A program made the position numbers and the translations under genes. Positions 31,367 to 40,905 of a stretch of 63,829 nucleotides of DNA are shown here, in pieces (positions within the stretch are counted from its first letter, which is position 1; each line of letters begins with the position of its first letter). The notes under the pieces were generated by a model, which saw nothing but the letters and a program-made list of their open reading frames with translations, was not told where the DNA came from and did not search any database. Source of the DNA: an uncultured Eubacteriales bacterium (lineage in GTDB: Bacteria > Bacillota_I > Bacilli_A > RFN20 > JAISJY01); the NCBI GenBank assembly GCA_964646425.1, contig CAZYEI010000003.1, positions 8,974-72,802 of the forward strand, in the 5' to 3' direction.

Positions 31367-32172
31367 TGGAAAACAATAAACAAACTGACATTTCTCTTTA
31401 TGAAGAAAAAGGATTATCTTTCTTTGATTTATTTCAAATTATTAAGCGTCGCATGATTTCAATTATTGTGTGTGTTATTGTAGGTTTTGGATTAATGATT
31501 ACATATAGTTATACAATTCAAAAGCCGGTTTATACTGCGTCTGCTACTGTAATGGTTAATCCTACAATTAGTGGCTCAAGCAGTTCAATTAATAATGACT
31601 ATACATATGTTCAAAAAATTATGTCAACATATGAAATTTTATTTAAAAGCCGTTTAGTATTAGGCGAAGTATCAGAGAATATTCAAGATTATTCAAATAA
31701 GGATGGTTCTATTAGTCACTTAAATTACACAGTTGGTTCGATTTATTCAATGACAACAATAGAAGTTTTATCTGGCTCAGTTATATCAAATGTAGATTCA
31801 CTAATTTTCCGCATTTCAGTTAGTGGTTATAACGCTGATGATTGCGCCATTATTGCAAATGAAATTATTAATGTTGCCAAATCATTGCCATCAATAGAAG
31901 GAGATTTTTCGATTTTAAGAAATTCGACATTAACTACGGTAGATGAAGCATTACCTAATTATAATTATAGTAAAAACTTATTTAGAAATGGTGTTATTGG
32001 AATTGCACTTGGATTAATATTTGCTGCTGTTTATATTGTAATTAGAGAAGCTACTGATACAACAATTTCAGATGCTAAATCTATTGAAGATATATTGGGC
32101 TTGAATGTTCTAGCTATTGTCCCTGATATTGAAATGTCAGAGAAAGAGAAATATAAAACAATAAAACAATAA
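31366..32172 (+). CDS. cpsC: Chain-length regulator / BY-kinase activator CpsC/Wzz
   Basis: Two TM helices, PVYTASAT.MV, D.TI...IE..LGL.VL..VP. Confidence 0.85.
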   Translation: MENNKQTDISLYEEKGLSFFDLFQIIKRRMISIIVCVIVGFGLMITYSYTIQKPVYTASATVMVNPTISGSSSSINNDYTYVQKIMSTYEILFKSRLVLGEVSENIQDYSNKDGSISHLNYTVGSIYSMTTIEVLSGSVISNVDSLIFRISVSGYNADDCAIIANEIINVAKSLPSIEGDFSILRNSTLTTVDEALPNYNYSKNLFRNGVIGIALGLIFAAVYIVIREATDTTISDAKSIEDILGLNVLAIVPDIEMSEKEKYKTIKQ

Positions 32173-32204
32173 TATATTTATAATTAAAAGAGGAGGCTTT
32201 ACAT

Positions 32205-32909
32205 ATGATTGATGTTCATAGTCATATATTACCTAATGTTGATGATGGTTCTAATAGTTTGGAATTTTCGATTGAATTAGTTAAAGAGGCGATTAAATTG
32301 GGCATCACTGATATTGTGTTTACTCCTCATTATGAATTAATTCCTAAAAGAGTAAAGCCAGATGTTAATATTGAGGATGTTTTTAATCAATTTAAAAATG
32401 AACTGGTTAAAAATAATTTGGATATTAATTCTTATTTAGGAAATGAAATAACAATTTCAGAAAATATTTTAGACGAACTTAAAAATAAAAAATGTTTATC
32501 GCTAAATGGTTCTAAATATATTTTACTAGAACTAGATTTTTATTCTTTTGATTTGGATATTGGTGAATTTATTTATGAAGCTTCTTTGCTTGGTTATTAT
32601 ATAATTATTGCTCATGTAGAAAGATATATTTATACTAATTATGAGTATGTTGAAATGTTAGTAAAAGAAGGGGCTTTGATTCAAATTAATGCTAATTCTT
32701 TATTTTCAAATGGTTTTAGGACAAGAAAATTAATATTAAAACTTATTAAAAATAATTTAGTACATTTTATTGCTAGTGATATTCACTTTGGGCGAGATAA
32801 TAAAATGTTGGATGCATATCATTTAGTTTTAAAAAGATTTGGAAAAGAGAAAGCTAACTTATTATTTGAAGAAAATCCTAGAAAAGTATTATTAAATCAA
32901 GATATCTAA
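32205..32909 (+). CDS. cpsB: PHP-family tyrosine phosphatase CpsB/CapC
   Basis: MIDVHSHILPNVDDGS, TPH, GNEI, AHVERY, ASDIH. Confidence 0.92.
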   Translation: MIDVHSHILPNVDDGSNSLEFSIELVKEAIKLGITDIVFTPHYELIPKRVKPDVNIEDVFNQFKNELVKNNLDINSYLGNEITISENILDELKNKKCLSLNGSKYILLELDFYSFDLDIGEFIYEASLLGYYIIIAHVERYIYTNYEYVEMLVKEGALIQINANSLFSNGFRTRKLILKLIKNNLVHFIASDIHFGRDNKMLDAYHLVLKRFGKEKANLLFEENPRKVLLNQDI

Positions 32910-32963
32910 CAAAGGGGGCTTAGGCTCCCTTTGTTTTAATAAAATATATAGAGGAGTGGAAAA

Positions 32964-33350
32964 ATGAAGACGTATATATTAAAAAAAGTATCTTTGTTCT
33001 TTACTTGTATAACAATAGCTATTAGCTTTATATTGACATTTATTAGTTATCTAGACTTAAGATTTACTAATTTTAGTAAATCTATCATAATTTTAATAGT
33101 AATAAGTTATATTTTATTGTTAACTTTTAGCTATATATTACAAATTATTTATATAGTTTATTTTAGAAAAGAATTTAAAAATATGAAAGTAATTTTTTTT
33201 AATTTATTTATTATTTTATTGTGTTTTATATTTATTGGATATTTTAGCATAATTATGAATTATGTTGATTGTTTGTTGTTGGCATTAATTGGTTTGATAC
33301 TTCAAGGCTATATATATTATAAAATTGATATTAACACAAGTGATTTTTAA
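32964..33350 (+). CDS. Hypothetical 4-TM membrane protein
   Basis: 128 aa, almost wholly hydrophobic; SD GAGGAG. Confidence 0.6.
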   Translation: MKTYILKKVSLFFTCITIAISFILTFISYLDLRFTNFSKSIIILIVISYILLLTFSYILQIIYIVYFRKEFKNMKVIFFNLFIILLCFIFIGYFSIIMNYVDCLLLALIGLILQGYIYYKIDINTSDF

Positions 33351-33412
33351 TTTTAGATATTTTAAAAATTAACAAAGAAAATTAATTATGTTATAATTTA
33401 AATGGTGATATT

Positions 33413-33961
33413 ATGAAGGAATTAACATTTAATCAAATATTAAAATTAATGAGAAAGAAGTTGGATCAAGAAACTTCTAATATTATTGATTACTTAAATA
33501 ATGGAACATTTACTAGTCAGTTATTTGAAGAAGTGGTTATAATAAACAAAGATATTAAGAAGAACTCTGAAACATATAAAAAATTATATAGTAGAAGAGC
33601 ATTATATATAGTTAAAATAAATAATGATTTATTAATACCACCACAATTTAATTGGATATCAGGCGCTTTAAAATTAATTGATTCTAAAAAAGTAATTTTT
33701 AATAAGGATGAGACATTATATGTTGAAAAAACGACTTCTCCGATTACAAGAATGCATGAACATTTTACTGGTTTAAACGGAGATAAAGCGAGTTTGAAAT
33801 TAAATGAATGGCCAAGAGATACTTTATTAGATAATATAACTATTCATATATTTGTTTTAAAAAATAAATATAAAAGTGAAAATGAAATAATACTTGGAGG
33901 TATTGAGTCTCGACTTGAGAAAATATTAACTCCTGCTATGAAAATAGATAATTTGAGGTAG
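33413..33961 (+). CDS. GIY-YIG-like nuclease-fold protein, possibly degenerate
   Basis: ALY...LYVEKT...R.HEH.G...SL.L..W...IESRL...L.P pattern. Confidence 0.45.
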   Translation: MKELTFNQILKLMRKKLDQETSNIIDYLNNGTFTSQLFEEVVIINKDIKKNSETYKKLYSRRALYIVKINNDLLIPPQFNWISGALKLIDSKKVIFNKDETLYVEKTTSPITRMHEHFTGLNGDKASLKLNEWPRDTLLDNITIHIFVLKNKYKSENEIILGGIESRLEKILTPAMKIDNLR

Positions 33962-33966
33962 AATTC

Positions 33967-34968
33967 ATGTTATATGTAGCTATTATATTGATTGTTATAG
34001 TTATATTGTTATTTATCTTTGCTTTATTTATTTATCAAGGAATATTTGGTCATCGTGAAGAAAAAAAAGAAGGATTAAAATATTTTTCTAATGAAGAATT
34101 TGATAATATAGGTAAAACTATTTATTCATTTATGTCTAAAGAATGTAAAATCAATGGATTTGTATATGAAAAAAATGATAATTTAAATGCTAAAGGTATT
34201 GTAGTTTTAGCTCATGGAATGGGTGGCGGACATATTAATTATATGAAAGAAATATGTTACTTTGCTTCATTAGGATATAAAGTTATTTCATATGATAATC
34301 ACGGAACAATGTTAAGTGAAGGGAAAAGTTTAAATGGATTTGAACAAGCTGTCATTGATTTAAGATCATGTATTTTAGACATTCAAAGTAGAATAGAGTT
34401 TGTAGGTTTGAAAGTTATTCTATATGGCCATTCATGGGGTGCATATAGCGTAAGTAGTGTGTCAAATTTTGAAGATGTTCATGTAGATGGAATTATTTCA
34501 TTAGCAGCTTTTAATTCTCCCTCTGTCATTTTAACAAAAATGATAAAAATGCAAATTAATCCTATATTTGTTAGCTTATATCCTTTCTTTTGGCTTATTG
34601 AATTTTTAAAATTCGGAAAAATATGTAATTATACATCGTTAAAAGGTTATAAGAAATGTAATTGTCCGCTTTTATTAATTCATGGAAGAAAAGATCAACT
34701 AGTTCCTATTAGTGAATTTAGATATTATCGAGAAAATTTAAAAAATAAGAATGATGTTGAGTTTATAGAATTACCTACAAAGTATCATCGTCCTAATATA
34801 AGTGATGAGAGTGTTATATATGATAATTCTTTTAATATTGAAGCTTCAAAAATTTTAAAAGAAAAAGGAAACATCAAAGAGTTTTATGAAAATGCTGATT
34901 ATAATCTTTTAACAAAATTTGATGATAATGTAATGAATCGAATAAAAGATTTTATTGAAAGAATTTAA
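33967..34968 (+). CDS. Membrane-anchored alpha/beta hydrolase
   Basis: N-terminal TM, AHGMGGG, YDNHG...SEG, GHSWG nucleophile elbow, IHG.KD. Confidence 0.85.
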   Translation: MLYVAIILIVIVILLFIFALFIYQGIFGHREEKKEGLKYFSNEEFDNIGKTIYSFMSKECKINGFVYEKNDNLNAKGIVVLAHGMGGGHINYMKEICYFASLGYKVISYDNHGTMLSEGKSLNGFEQAVIDLRSCILDIQSRIEFVGLKVILYGHSWGAYSVSSVSNFEDVHVDGIISLAAFNSPSVILTKMIKMQINPIFVSLYPFFWLIEFLKFGKICNYTSLKGYKKCNCPLLLIHGRKDQLVPISEFRYYRENLKNKNDVEFIELPTKYHRPNISDESVIYDNSFNIEASKILKEKGNIKEFYENADYNLLTKFDDNVMNRIKDFIERI

Positions 34969-34995
34969 TTTTTTGATTAATTTCATAAAGAAAAC

Positions 34996-35024
34996 TTGAA
35001 AAATGATTTTTGAAATAATATAAT
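34996..35024 (+). promoter_or_regulatory. sigA promoter of a small RNA
   Basis: TTGAAA-17 nt-TATAAT; predicted +1 at G35031. Confidence 0.8.
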
Positions 35025-35030
35025 AATATT

Positions 35031-35081
35031 GTCAAAGTAGTTCGAAAGGGGAACCCGGTACGGTTCCCCTTTCTTTTTTTT
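35031..35081 (+). ncRNA. Candidate ~51-nt antisense / antitoxin-like RNA
   Basis: 13-nt single-stranded 5' end, then a 12-bp perfect GC-rich stem (35044-35073) and U8; the 5' 13-mer recurs at 35097-35109. Confidence 0.6.
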
Positions 35082-35115
35082 GAGGTTATTAGTAACGTCA
35101 AAGTAGTTCAAATCC

Positions 35116-35238
35116 TTACTTTAGTTTTCGATATTCTTTTAAGAATAGAATAAACAGAAATAATACTAATATTACTTCCATTATAAAGTAAAATAGAACT
35201 ACTAAGAGTTAGTAATACCCTCTCAGTTCTTTGAACAT
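35116..35238 (-). other. Unannotated hydrophobic small-peptide reading frame, interrupted by an in-frame TAA
   Basis: SD GAGGTG, then MFKELRGYY*LLVVLFYFIMEVILVLFLFILFLKEYRKLK*; intact 21-codon sub-ORF at 35181-35116. Confidence 0.45.
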
Positions 35239-35447
35239 TAACCAATCACCTCATTATACAATTCTCCTTTTTTGCTTTTTAACCTTAAAAAAAATAATAA
35301 AAATAAATATATTGCTATTATCTATTATTGCAGTAGTCATTCTATTTTAAATGCTTTTAAAACTATTATAAATATTGTATAATAATTAAGATTATAAAAA
35401 TGGGGAATATTATTATAAATAATATTACAAAGGAAGGAGTGTTTATC

Positions 35448-38400
35448 ATGGACATTTCATTAGTAAAGCAAAAAGTATTAAATTTTTGGAATATCGTTAA
35501 AATCAAATGGAAGAAAATAAAAAATCATGAATATTTTAAAGCATTTGTATTTACGTTTTTGGTTGGCTTTTTCTTATTTGCGCTTGAAGCAGCTCCTAAT
35601 GGTTTTACTTTATTTTTAAATGGCGATTATTCTTTACAATCTTTATCTTTTTATGCTGATGGATACACAAAAATGTGGAGGTTCTTTAGAACAGGCGAAT
35701 TTCCAATGTTTGATTACTCCAATTTGTTTGGAGAAAACTATATCGGTTCTCAAAGTTTTTATTATTTAGGAAGTCCTTTCTTTTGGCTATTATTATTAAC
35801 GCCGAGACCATTATTATATCAAGGGATTTATTTCTCGATGATTTTAAAATTAGCTGTTGGTGGCTTGTTCTTTTATATTTTATTAAGAAAATATTTTAAT
35901 ATAAGTGAAAAAGTTTCGTTAATAGGGGCTTGTTGTTATGCGTTCTCGGGATGGACTATGTATTATTTATGGTTTCATTTTGGAGATGCATTAGCATTTT
36001 TTCCTTTAATTATTATTGGTATAGAAATGGTGCTTCAAAAGAAAAAGGGATGGGCGTTAACGCTTGGCTTATTTTTTAGTTGTGTTACGAACTATTTCTT
36101 TGGTGCGACATTTGTTATATTTGGCGTATTATATGCTTTATTTAGGTGGATTCAAATTTATGGGATTACTAAAAGAAAGGGATATAACGTCAAAGAAAGA
36201 TGGGGAGTATTACTTCAAGGTATTTTATATTATATTGCAGGTGTAGGTCTTGCCGCTTTTATCCTTATGCCTGCAAGTGTAAGTGTTGCTGATTCTGGAA
36301 GAGCAGAGACTAATATTTTAGATACATTTTTAAGTTTTTTCTTAAAATCTAGTACAGATATTGAAGGTCAAATAACATATAGTGGTTTGAAATCTTTTAG
36401 TGATATATTTTCAAAAGAAAATCTAACAGCATTATTTGATTTTTCATTCAAATGGGAAGAAAATAGACCAGCAAATGGAATGGAAATTTCTTCAACCCAA
36501 ACAAGATATTATATCCTATCTAATTTCTTATTTATTAACTCAAATTGTTGGGGTGGAACATTATTTAATAATGCTCAGTTAGATAACAATTTAGGAGGAT
36601 TTTTTGTTACTACTCCAATTGCACTGTTGTTAATTCCAAGTTTAATTAGAGCAGTCAAGTCAAAAAAGAAATGGACTATATTTGGATGCATTGTCTGTTT
36701 AATTGCACCTTTTGTGCCAATAACTTTTTACTTATTCCATGTATTTACGTATCCTTATGGTCGTTGGCAAATCATTATTGTATTAGTATCATTAATCTTT
36801 TTATTAAAAACATTAGATGATTTTGATGATCTTAAATTACATGAATTTATTCCTGGAGCGATATTTAATGTTGTTTTAGCTGTCTATTTAATTATATATT
36901 CATATTATAATGGAACTTTAGATTCAACTTATTCAATTTATTTATTTGGTGAATATCGTGAAATAAAATATCAATTATTAATAGTTTCTTTACAAGTTGT
37001 TTATATATTGCTAGTAGGATTAGCTACGATTACTGTTTTATTGCTAAAGAAACACAAAGTAAATATAAGTACTGCTAAAGTTAAACATGCAGCTTTAGTG
37101 TTGGTAATTCTTGAACTGTTTGTTCAAGCTACTGTAACTGTTAATGCTCATGGATATGCTTCTTATTCTTCTTTTTATGGAGGACAAGCAATCTTAAATT
37201 CTCAAAGAAAAATAATTAATAATTTAACTGAAGAAGATTCACAATTTTATCGAATTTATAATGAAATGGCAACAAGAGGATATGTTAATCATCCTTCAAC
37301 ATTATCATATAATGGTTTATCAATGTTCAACTCTATATATAATAATGAGAATGATGATTTTATTAAGCGTTCTCGCTTATCGTACAATAATTCTTGGATT
37401 GCAGCAGTTCATGAAAAAAGAAACTACTTGGATGAATTTTTAGGAGTAAAGTATTATATTGTTTCTCGTAATGATCCTAATAATGATGGTTATTACTTTA
37501 AAGATTGGACAGACCATGATACTGCTGATTTATATTATGAAGGAAGAGTAAATCAATATACGTCTTCACAAAATTATAATTTGAATATTCCTGGTGGTTA
37601 TCAATATCGTGATGATTTAAGTAATGATGATTTTATGGTGTATGAAAATGCTAATTTTATTGAATTGGGTTTTGCTTATGATACTTATATCGCTTCATCT
37701 GTTATCGGTCCTAATTTGGATGGATATTTAAGTCCTAATGGATATCTTGATTCAAGTTATTATGAAAAATCATACTTCAACGCTGTTATTGTTGAAGATG
37801 ATGATTTAGAAGAAGAATTTTTACAAAAATATACAAAATTAAAATCAAAGCCTGTTTTTGATACAGTAACATCTTTAAGCAGTGGCAACTTCAATATATA
37901 CTTAAAACCTAGGGAAGATGTTAGCAAGTCAATAGTAGAAGATGGAAGAGATTTAGTTCGTATCTTGTCTAATAATGGCATTAAAGATTATTTTTCAAAT
38001 AGTGAATATGGTACAATTTTACATGGAAGATGGACAGATCATCAAAGTATAGATGAACAAGGCCAAACTTACTCAAATCCTTATTTTGGTGATCAAATAG
38101 TTATTGAGCCAAAGAGTGCCTCAATTTGTAAGGATGCAAGTGATACTAATACATGTAATATGAGTATTAAATTTCAAATGGGACCACAAGTAGTTATTAG
38201 TCTTTATAATGGAGATACATTAATTACTCAAGATGCACATATGACTCATAATTATTCAATGTCAAATAAATGGGGCGAATATAAAATGGAAAGGGGATTC
38301 TATAGCAATCAAGAAGTTACCAAGATTGTTATCGAATTTATTAATGATGCGAAAATAGATGATTTTGAAATAAGTGATTTTCAAATTAAATATGAGTATC

Positions 38401-38825
38401 AAAGTGATTATGAAGCAACATTACAACCATTTAAAGATAATGCTATTAAGAATGTTGTATATAAAACAAATTCATTTACCTTTGATACAAATTATGAATC
38501 ACCTAAATTATTAGTAATAAATGTTCCTTATGATGCTGGCTGGTCAATGAAAATAAATGGTGAAGATGCTAAAATATATGTTGCTAATGGTGGCTTTATT
38601 ATGGTAGAAGCTCCAAGTGGTCAAGCAACATATGAATTATCATATTTTACACCTCGTTTAAAAATTGGTTTAATTTTAACTGGCATTTCTGCTTTATTTT
38701 TAACATTTGTTTCTTGTTTCTATAATAGAGATAAAATAAAAATTTGGTTAAAAAATCAAAAAGAAAAAAGGAATAAAAAAATTGAAACAAATATAGCTAT
38801 TAACAATGCTGATTTAAAAGAATAG
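35448..38825 (+). CDS. yfhO: YfhO-family GT-C membrane glycosyltransferase
   Basis: GD...Q, YYLGSPF, KL..GG, YAFSGW, NFIELGFAY, VPYDAGWS..ING, NGGF, Y.TP.LK.G; ATG 35448 after GGAAGGAG. Confidence 0.85.
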   Translation: MDISLVKQKVLNFWNIVKIKWKKIKNHEYFKAFVFTFLVGFFLFALEAAPNGFTLFLNGDYSLQSLSFYADGYTKMWRFFRTGEFPMFDYSNLFGENYIGSQSFYYLGSPFFWLLLLTPRPLLYQGIYFSMILKLAVGGLFFYILLRKYFNISEKVSLIGACCYAFSGWTMYYLWFHFGDALAFFPLIIIGIEMVLQKKKGWALTLGLFFSCVTNYFFGATFVIFGVLYALFRWIQIYGITKRKGYNVKERWGVLLQGILYYIAGVGLAAFILMPASVSVADSGRAETNILDTFLSFFLKSSTDIEGQITYSGLKSFSDIFSKENLTALFDFSFKWEENRPANGMEISSTQTRYYILSNFLFINSNCWGGTLFNNAQLDNNLGGFFVTTPIALLLIPSLIRAVKSKKKWTIFGCIVCLIAPFVPITFYLFHVFTYPYGRWQIIIVLVSLIFLLKTLDDFDDLKLHEFIPGAIFNVVLAVYLIIYSYYNGTLDSTYSIYLFGEYREIKYQLLIVSLQVVYILLVGLATITVLLLKKHKVNISTAKVKHAALVLVILELFVQATVTVNAHGYASYSSFYGGQAILNSQRKIINNLTEEDSQFYRIYNEMATRGYVNHPSTLSYNGLSMFNSIYNNENDDFIKRSRLSYNNSWIAAVHEKRNYLDEFLGVKYYIVSRNDPNNDGYYFKDWTDHDTADLYYEGRVNQYTSSQNYNLNIPGGYQYRDDLSNDDFMVYENANFIELGFAYDTYIASSVIGPNLDGYLSPNGYLDSSYYEKSYFNAVIVEDDDLEEEFLQKYTKLKSKPVFDTVTSLSSGNFNIYLKPREDVSKSIVEDGRDLVRILSNNGIKDYFSNSEYGTILHGRWTDHQSIDEQGQTYSNPYFGDQIVIEPKSASICKDASDTNTCNMSIKFQMGPQVVISLYNGDTLITQDAHMTHNYSMSNKWGEYKMERGFYSNQEVTKIVIEFINDAKIDDFEISDFQIKYEYQSDYEATLQPFKDNAIKNVVYKTNSFTFDTNYESPKLLVINVPYDAGWSMKINGEDAKIYVANGGFIMVEAPSGQATYELSYFTPRLKIGLILTGISALFLTFVSCFYNRDKIKIWLKNQKEKRNKKIETNIAINNADLKE

Positions 38826-38857
38826 ATAATTGCTAAATTAAGTTAAAAGATGTAAGC

Positions 38858-38896
38858 AATAAGAGAGCCTATCGTGATATGATAGGCTCTCTTATT
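38858..38896. terminator. Bidirectional terminator
   Basis: AATAAGAGAGCCTATC-7 nt-GATAGGCTCTCTTATT. Confidence 0.85.
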
Positions 38897-38899
38897 TTA

Positions 38900-39109
38900 T
38901 TAATATTTTTGTTTACGAAGTTTTCCATCAACTTTGTGAATAGAAATGCTTCCTTCTTGGTTTTTAGCTTTTTCTTTTGCAAATGTAATAGCTTCAACTT
39001 GAGTATCAAAAAGTTTTAATGCTCTTTCTCCATTAGCAAACTTGACTTGCCATTTTCCATCTTCTTTTCTTTTTGAAACATGATAAACTTTATTTTTAAC
39101 TTCTGCCAT
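38900..39109 (-). CDS. DUF2188 family protein
   Basis: YHV....GKWQVK..G.ERA...F.TQ.EAI..A...A......IH..DG. Confidence 0.85.
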   Translation of the reverse strand: MAEVKNKVYHVSKRKEDGKWQVKFANGERALKLFDTQVEAITFAKEKAKNQEGSISIHKVDGKLRKQKY

Positions 39110-39226
39110 ATTACAAATCTCCTTCTCTTTATTTTAATATTATCATATCAAAAAAATGTTGTAAAATGTAAAAATAAATAATATTTTAGAAATAAATGTA
39201 AATACTACTACTGAGGTGTTTGTTAG

Positions 39227-39751
39227 ATGAAAGAAACAGGAGTAGTTCGTCGTATTGATGAATTAGGAAGAATTGTAATACCTAAAGAAATAAGAAAGAA
39301 TTTAAGAATAAGAGAAGGAGATCCTATTGAAATATTTGTAACACAAGGTGATAACATTGTTTTAAAAAAGTATTCATCGTTAAATGGACTTGAGAGTGAA
39401 TTTGCCAATGTTGCAACTGCTATTTCAAATAAATTAGATACTACAACACTTATTAGTGATAATGATAAAATAATTGCTAGTGCTGGACAAAATAAAGAAG
39501 GATTTCAAGGTAAAGATTTATCATTTAAATTAAGGAATGTTTTACAAGATAGAAGGCCAACTCAAATAAATATTCCGAATATTATAAGTGGTGAAATGTA
39601 TCAAGGTAATATTTATGTATTACCACTTATCGTTGAAGGCGATCTATTCGGAAGCATAATAATATTATTAAATGATTTAGAAATTAATGATAATTATAAA
39701 ATAGTTGTAGAAGTAATGGGAAACTATATTGTAAAAAGGCTTGAGTCATAA
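39227..39751 (+). CDS. spoVT: Stage V sporulation protein T (AbrB N-terminal domain plus GAF)
   Basis: TGVVRRIDELGRIVIPKEIR..LRIREGDPIEIF, C-terminal PLIVEGD.FG; position before yabO-yabP. Confidence 0.88.
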   Translation: MKETGVVRRIDELGRIVIPKEIRKNLRIREGDPIEIFVTQGDNIVLKKYSSLNGLESEFANVATAISNKLDTTTLISDNDKIIASAGQNKEGFQGKDLSFKLRNVLQDRRPTQINIPNIISGEMYQGNIYVLPLIVEGDLFGSIIILLNDLEINDNYKIVVEVMGNYIVKRLES

Positions 39752-39807
39752 AATGGTAGAAAATTTCTTTGATATTAGTTATAATGATTTCAAGGAGTTT
39801 TTTTATT

Positions 39808-40056
39808 ATGCGATTAGATAAATTTTTAAAAGTATCCAGAGTTATTAAAAGAAGAACAATTTCAAAAGAATTGGCATTATTAAATAAAGTAAAAGTAAAT
39901 GGTAATTATGCTAAACCAGCTCATATTTTGAAAGTTGGTGATATTATTACTTTAGAATTAGGCGAAAAATCTTTTTCTATGAAAGTTTTAGATTTAAGAA
40001 ATCATGCTTTGAAAAATGATGCCACTGAAATGTATCAGGTTATTAATGAAGAATAG
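39808..40056 (+). CDS. yabO: S4-domain ribosome quality-control protein YabO/RqcP
   Basis: MRLDKFLKVSRVIKRRT. Confidence 0.92.
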   Translation: MRLDKFLKVSRVIKRRTISKELALLNKVKVNGNYAKPAHILKVGDIITLELGEKSFSMKVLDLRNHALKNDATEMYQVINEE

Positions 40057-40083
40057 TATTGGTTTGCAATACTATTTTTTTGT

Positions 40084-40111
40084 TCTATTTTTTATTTGAA
40101 AAGCATAAATT
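40084..40111 (+). promoter_or_regulatory. sigE-type promoter of yabP-yabQ
   Basis: TCTATT-14 nt-CATAAATT; yabPQ is sigE-controlled in B. subtilis. Confidence 0.55.
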
Positions 40112-40132
40112 CAAATAGGAGATGATAAGTTA

Positions 40133-40426
40133 ATGGAAAATAATATTAATATAAATAATAAAGTAAATAATCACACATTATTTTTGAGGGATCGGAGAGA
40201 GTTAGCAATAACTGGAGTAAAGAATATTAGAAGTTTTGATAGTTTGGAGTTTTTGATTGAAACAAATCTAGGTATGTTACATATAGTTGGTCATTCATTA
40301 GTTTTAGGTAAAATGGATACAGAGGGAGAAACATTAGAAATAAAAGGGAATATAACTTCGATTACATATTTACAAAAAGAAACTACAACGGAAAAAGGCT
40401 CTTTCTTTAAAAAGTTATTCAAATGA
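40133..40426 (+). CDS. yabP: Sporulation protein YabP
   Basis: HTL.L..R.EL.ITGVK.I.SFD..EFL.ET..G.L.I.G. Confidence 0.9.
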   Translation: MENNININNKVNNHTLFLRDRRELAITGVKNIRSFDSLEFLIETNLGMLHIVGHSLVLGKMDTEGETLEIKGNITSITYLQKETTTEKGSFFKKLFK

Positions 40427-40905
40427 CAGAACTAGAGGTTCAAATTCAAGTTATTTTTTTTGGAATACTATTCGGTTTTCTTATAGGGATTATTTACTCA
40501 CTTTTTAATAGATTTTTTTATCATTATCAAAGTACTTTATTCCGATTTATCTTTGAGTTACCTTTATTTATTATTTTTACGATTATTTACTTTTTAATAA
40601 TGATAAGAATTAATGATGGAGTTTTAAATATATATCAGCCTTTATGGATTGCAATAGGTTTAATAATTTATTATAAATATTACAGTAAATTATTTTTACC
40701 ATTATTTGAGAAAATAGTTAATATATTAGCTGTAAAATTGCTTCTTCCTTTTAAAAATAAATATGATATAATTAAAAAGAAATTAAATAGAAAAAAGGTG
40801 AAGAAGCATGGAAAGAAGAAATCAGCAACCATTAATAAAATGGAATCAAAACAGAGCAGGGAGCATTTTACTTCTTGGAATTTCCCTAATTCTAATAATC
40901 TTTAG
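40423..40905 (+). CDS. yabQ: Spore cortex protein YabQ
   Basis: TM-rich, N.G...Y motif, ATGA overlap with yabP. Confidence 0.8.
   Translation: MTELEVQIQVIFFGILFGFLIGIIYSLFNRFFYHYQSTLFRFIFELPLFIIFTIIYFLIMIRINDGVLNIYQPLWIAIGLIIYYKYYSKLFLPLFEKIVNILAVKLLLPFKNKYDIIKKKLNRKKVKKHGKKKSATINKMESKQSREHFTSWNFPNSNNL

Noticed and set aside
35031-35113. CRISPR mini-array or type III antitoxin array
   Set aside because: Only two 13-nt copies separated by a terminator; no cas, ToxN or AbiF-like gene adjacent
40808-40905. 98-bp yabQ/divIC overlap as a frameshift signal
   Set aside because: Both ORFs are intact and no slippery site was seen; most simply a drifted yabQ stop
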